Below, piece after piece: positions 16,747-20,036 of a stretch of DNA of 20,036 nucleotides (position 1 is the first letter of the stretch; every line of letters starts with the position of its first letter). Source of the DNA: an uncultured archaeon (GTDB taxonomy: Archaea; Asgardarchaeota; Lokiarchaeia; Sigyniarchaeales; SOKP01). The DNA lies in NCBI GenBank assembly GCA_964508365.1, contig CAZDTP010000063.1, forward strand, positions 1 through 20,036. Direction: 5' to 3'. The notes beneath the pieces were generated by a model, which had not been told where the DNA came from, made no database searches, and saw only the letters and a list, made by a program, of their open reading frames with translations. The translations under genes and the position numbers were made by a program.

Positions 16747-17469
16747 ATGCAACATGAGTTACTACAAACAAGTCTGTCTTTAGAGGAAGCAGAATCAATT
16801 CAAGAGAAATACAGCCAAAAATTAAAAAGTCAAGATCAAGCAAACACAAAAGTAATAGATAGTAACGAGATAAGATGGGTAGTGGGAGTAGATGTTTCTT
16901 ATTATAGAGAAAACCATGAAAATTGGGGCGTGGCATGTGCCGTTCTATGGAATTTTCGTTTTAATAAGATGGATCATTATTCTATTGCTAAAGAAATCAT
17001 TACTTTTCCCTATAAACCCGGTTTTTTAGGTTTTAGAGAGTGTAGTTTGTTAGTGAAAGCAATAGAAAAACTTCCAGATACACCAGATATAATTATGTGC
17101 GATAGTCATGGTATTATCCATCCTAAACGATTTGGAGAAGCCGTCCAATTGGGTTTAATTTTAAATATTCCTACTTTTGGTGTAGCTAAAAATCCATTTA
17201 TAGGGTTTTCAGAATGGAAAACATTAGTAAGAAAAAAAGGGAATAAAAAACCGATTTGGGCTGAAGATCCACAAAATTCGATGGTAGGAAATCGAGAACT
17301 TCTTGGATACGCTGTTTGTTTAAATGATGCTATGAACCCTATGTTCATTAGCGTAGGTTATAAAATTACTTTAGATGTAGCAGTAGAAATAGCGTTAAAA
17401 ACAACCAGAGATCACAAACAACCAGAACCTCTTTTTCTCGCTGATTATCTTTCAAGAAAGAAATTATAA
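16747..17469 (+). CDS. nfi: Endonuclease V (deoxyinosine 3' endonuclease)
   Basis: VVGVDVSY (Asp), PYKPGFLGFRE (wedge and Glu), IMCDSHGIIHPKRFG (Asp), GVAK, PMFISVG, PEPLFLAD. Confidence 0.92.
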   Translation: MQHELLQTSLSLEEAESIQEKYSQKLKSQDQANTKVIDSNEIRWVVGVDVSYYRENHENWGVACAVLWNFRFNKMDHYSIAKEIITFPYKPGFLGFRECSLLVKAIEKLPDTPDIIMCDSHGIIHPKRFGEAVQLGLILNIPTFGVAKNPFIGFSEWKTLVRKKGNKKPIWAEDPQNSMVGNRELLGYAVCLNDAMNPMFISVGYKITLDVAVEIALKTTRDHKQPEPLFLADYLSRKKL

Positions 17470-17512
17470 TATCGTCTTTATCAAAGATTTCTTATAATTT
17501 AATGAAAAATTG

Positions 17513-17520
17513 TTTATATA
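17513..17520 (+). promoter_or_regulatory. Candidate TATA box for fprA
   Basis: TTTATATA preceded by purine-rich GAAAAA (BRE-like), 46-53 nt upstream of ATG 17566. Confidence 0.5.
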
Positions 17521-17565
17521 TTACCAAACTCCACTTTACTTAGCATAATATAAAAATAAATTTGG

Positions 17566-18765
17566 ATGAGAAAATTGAGTTTTAAAATAAAAAATAATGT
17601 ATATTGGGTAGGAAAAACAGATTGGGAACTTAAAAAATTTCATGGAAATGAATATTCCACATATCGTGGTTCCACTTACAATTCTTACCTAATTAGAGAA
17701 GAGAAAATCGTCCTTATTGACACAGTATGGAAGCCTTTTTCAAAAGAATTTGTAGAAAATCTCTCAAAAGAAATCGATTTAGATAAGATTGACTATGTTA
17801 TAACTAATCACGCGGAAATTGATCATAGTGGGGCACTTCCTGAGCTAATGGAAAAGATACCAAACACGCCAATTTACTGTACAGCTAATGGTGTTAAGTC
17901 GATAAAAGGCCACTATCATAAAGATTGGAATTTTCAAGTAGTAAAAACGGGGGATACGTTAGATCTAGGGAATAATAAACAATTAATCTTTGTAGAAATG
18001 ATGATGCTTCATTGGCCTGATAGTATGGCATGTTATCTGACGGGAGACAATATATTGTTCAGTAACGATGCGTTTGGACAACATTATGCCACGGAATATA
18101 TGTATAACGATCTCGTTGATCAAAATGAGCTATTTACGGAATGTATGAAATATTACGCTAACATCTTAACACCATTTAGTGCGTTCGTGGATAAGAAAAT
18201 CAAGGAAGTATTGGCTCTAAACATTCCAATAGATATTATTGCTACTAGCCATGGAGTTATTTGGAGAGACAATCCAACTCAAATTGTAGAAAAATATTTA
18301 ACTTGGGCCAATGATTACCAAGAAAACCAAATTACAATATTATATGATACAATGTGGGATGGAACAAAAAGAATGGCTGAAGCGATTACAAAAGGAATTC
18401 GTGAAATTGATAAGAAAGTTAATGTTAAATTGTACAATATTGCAAAAACCGATAAAAACGACTTAATTACAGAGATCTTTAAATCTAGGATTATTCTTGT
18501 AGGTTCGCCTACTATTGGTGGAGGAATTCTATCTGGTGTTGCCGAAATTTTGGAGATGATTAAAGGAATGCGTTTTAAAAACAAGAAAGCATCATCATTC
18601 GGTTGTTATGGATGGAGTGGAGAATCAATAAAGGTTATAAAGGAACATTTAGAAAAGAGCGGTTTTTCTGTAATTAATAACGGTATACGCGCTTTATGGA
18701 ACCCTGATGATGAAAGCTTGGAAAAATGCGTAGAATTTGGCAGAGAAATTGCTAAATCTAAATAA
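17566..18765 (+). CDS. fprA: Class A flavodiiron protein (FprA; O2/NO reductase)
   Basis: Metallo-beta-lactamase di-iron ligands HAEIDH, LHWPDS, SNDAFG, TSHG; C-terminal flavodoxin domain YDTMWDGT, GSPT, FGCYGWSGE; no fused rubredoxin. Confidence 0.93.
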   Translation: MRKLSFKIKNNVYWVGKTDWELKKFHGNEYSTYRGSTYNSYLIREEKIVLIDTVWKPFSKEFVENLSKEIDLDKIDYVITNHAEIDHSGALPELMEKIPNTPIYCTANGVKSIKGHYHKDWNFQVVKTGDTLDLGNNKQLIFVEMMMLHWPDSMACYLTGDNILFSNDAFGQHYATEYMYNDLVDQNELFTECMKYYANILTPFSAFVDKKIKEVLALNIPIDIIATSHGVIWRDNPTQIVEKYLTWANDYQENQITILYDTMWDGTKRMAEAITKGIREIDKKVNVKLYNIAKTDKNDLITEIFKSRIILVGSPTIGGGILSGVAEILEMIKGMRFKNKKASSFGCYGWSGESIKVIKEHLEKSGFSVINNGIRALWNPDDESLEKCVEFGREIAKSK

Positions 18766-18769
18766 TTAA

Positions 18770-18803
18770 TTTTTTTTTATTTTATTTTTCATTTTTCCTT
18801 TTT
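18770..18803 (+). terminator. T-rich tract after fprA, candidate terminator
   Basis: T9 run and further T runs starting 5 nt after the TAA at 18763-18765. Confidence 0.5.
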
Positions 18804-18906
18804 AATTGGATTACCTTTTTAATATCCTTTGATCTTTCATTTACACCTTTACATGCTGTTTTTGTGATATACATAAATACAAATTCTAATACTATACCTT
18901 TGCATA

Positions 18907-18912
18907 AGGTGA
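18907..18912 (+). promoter_or_regulatory. Shine-Dalgarno-like AGGTGA upstream of the response regulator
   Basis: Same hexamer as at 2489-2494 and 4052-4057; lies 6 nt before the in-frame ATC at 18919. Confidence 0.6.
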
Positions 18913-18918
18913 TCTATT

Positions 18919-19281
18919 ATCGCTAAAATTCTAGTTGTTGACGACGACCGTATTATGTTAAAACTCTACAAGTTGATACTAGCAGAAATGGGGGATTTAT
19001 CAGTGGAATTTTCTATCAATGGTAAGGAAGCAGTTGACAATTATAGAAACCATTCAGAAAAACCAAAACTAATTATTATGGACCACCGAATGCCCGTAAT
19101 GAATGGATTTGACGCAATGAAAGAGATATTACGGATTGATGGGAGTACGAAAATTATTTTTGCTAGTGCTGACACTAAGATGAAAGAAATTTCTATATCA
19201 ATGGGGGCTACGGCATTTCTTAGTAAACCGTTTAAAATTGAAGAACTAATATACCTCATCAATAAAGCAATAAAGGAGTAA
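18919..19281 (+). CDS. Single-domain response regulator (CheY-like receiver), probable non-canonical ATC start
   Basis: In-frame extension upstream of the track's ATG 18955 encodes (I)AKILVVDDDRI, the required beta1 strand and acidic pocket. Also LIIMDHRMP (phospho-Asp), FASAD and LSKPF (Lys). Gives a 120-aa protein. The exact start is uncertain. Confidence 0.85.
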   Translation: MAKILVVDDDRIMLKLYKLILAEMGDLSVEFSINGKEAVDNYRNHSEKPKLIIMDHRMPVMNGFDAMKEILRIDGSTKIIFASADTKMKEISISMGATAFLSKPFKIEELIYLINKAIKE

Positions 19282-20036
19282 TGAAAAAAGGTGTTAGAAA
19301 ATTGGAGAAAATACATGATAAAAAACAAGAATTAAGAGAACTAGAAAAAAGATACAAATTATTTTATGAATATGCTCCACTCCCTTACCAATCATTGGAT
19401 GAAAATATTAATATTATAAATATCAATCAAGCTTGGCTTGATTTTTTAGGATATGATAAAGAAGAAGTGATAGGGAAGAGTTTTGGGGAGTTTTTAGTTC
19501 TCAAAAGTAGAGAGTTGCTAAATTCTAGATTTTCACACTTTAAAGAAGTAGGAGTAATTCAAGATGTAGAATACGAAATCGTTAAAAAGAATGGGATTCA
19601 TAGAATTGTTTTGTTAGATGGAAGAATAGAATATGGTAATAACGGTAACATTAAACAAACTCATTGTTTTTTCAAAGATATTACAGAACGGAAGCGGACC
19701 GAAGAGGAATTAAAAGAATCTGAAGAGAAATTCAGAACAATGACTGAACAATCTTTTATGAGCATTTATATCATACAGGATGGATTATTTAAGTATAGGA
19801 ATCAGCGAGCAGCTGATGTAAGTGGATATACTAGAGAGGATATTAAAAACTGGAAACCCTATGAGTACGCAAAAATAATACACCCGGAGGATCGAGAATA
19901 TGTTTTAGAACAGTCTAAAAAAAAACAACAAGGGGAACTTGATGTCATAAACCGATATAAATTTCGAATAATAAAAAAATCGGGTGAAGTTGCTTGGATC
20001 GATAATTTTTCTAAAACTATTAATTATAAGGGGAGA
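19281..20036 (+). CDS. Multi-PAS domain sensor protein, probably a histidine kinase; 5' part only (not in the ORF track)
   Basis: Frame is open from ATG 19281 (TAATG overlap with the regulator stop; alternative TTG 19302 has an AGGTG SD) to the window end. PAS1: RYKLFYEYAPLPYQSLDEN...NQAWLDFLGYDKEEVIGKSF...FKDITERK. Linker EEELKESEEKFR. PAS2: NQRAADVSGYTREDI...IIHPEDRE...FRIIKKSGEVAWI. The kinase domain is not visible in this window. Confidence 0.85.
   Translation, partial: MKKGVRKLEKIHDKKQELRELEKRYKLFYEYAPLPYQSLDENINIININQAWLDFLGYDKEEVIGKSFGEFLVLKSRELLNSRFSHFKEVGVIQDVEYEIVKKNGIHRIVLLDGRIEYGNNGNIKQTHCFFKDITERKRTEEELKESEEKFRTMTEQSFMSIYIIQDGLFKYRNQRAADVSGYTREDIKNWKPYEYAKIIHPEDREYVLEQSKKKQQGELDVINRYKFRIIKKSGEVAWIDNFSKTINYKGR

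Noticed and set aside
18783-18875. Minus-strand short ORF MYITKTACKGVNERSKDIKKVIQLKRKNEK between fprA and the regulator
   Set aside because: The Lys-rich content simply mirrors the T-rich terminator/promoter region on the plus strand; no RBS or other support.
16658-19328. Track ORFs 16658..16936(-), 17106..17348(-), 18315..18584(-) and 19041..19328(-)
   Set aside because: Antisense to nfi, fprA and the regulator/PAS genes; their hydrophobic composition is what the reverse complement of purine-rich coding strands gives.
1-20036. rRNA, tRNA, CRISPR arrays, transposases, integrases or terminal inverted repeats
   Set aside because: No GC-rich cloverleaf or rRNA-like stretch, no regularly spaced repeats and no mobile-element motifs seen. 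Intergenic gaps are short and AT-rich. tRNAscan-SE and Infernal were not run.

Overview
AT-rich archaeal chromosomal window with about 18 protein-coding genes and no rRNA, tRNA, CRISPR or mobile element that I can support. The likely source is an Asgard archaeon (Lokiarchaeia/Promethearchaeota-like). This is an inference from an archaeal NreA with a C-terminal PIP box, AGGTGA-type ribosome-binding sites, TATA-type promoters, and a 7TM + longin-like domain architecture. Left half: a truncated secreted glycoprotein, then a tightly coupled minus-strand operon (10-TM five-repeat membrane protein, acyl-CoA ligase, atypical FabH/KAS III-like enzyme) converging on an alpha/beta hydrolase. These are followed by a DUF362 Fe-S protein, a membrane-anchored amidohydrolase, a nitronate monooxygenase/FabK-like flavoprotein lacking the usual catalytic His, an unknown membrane protein and an amidohydrolase_2. 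Right half: nreA, a flavodoxin-like protein, a cupin, a 7TM/longin-like/histidine kinase fusion, an O-methyltransferase, endonuclease V (nfi), a flavodiiron protein (fprA), a single-domain response regulator that appears to start at a non-canonical ATC codon, and a truncated multi-PAS sensor. The most notable items are the longin-like domain inside a histidine kinase, the putative acyl uptake/activation/condensation operon and the ATC start. All family assignments come from motif recognition; no database search was run.
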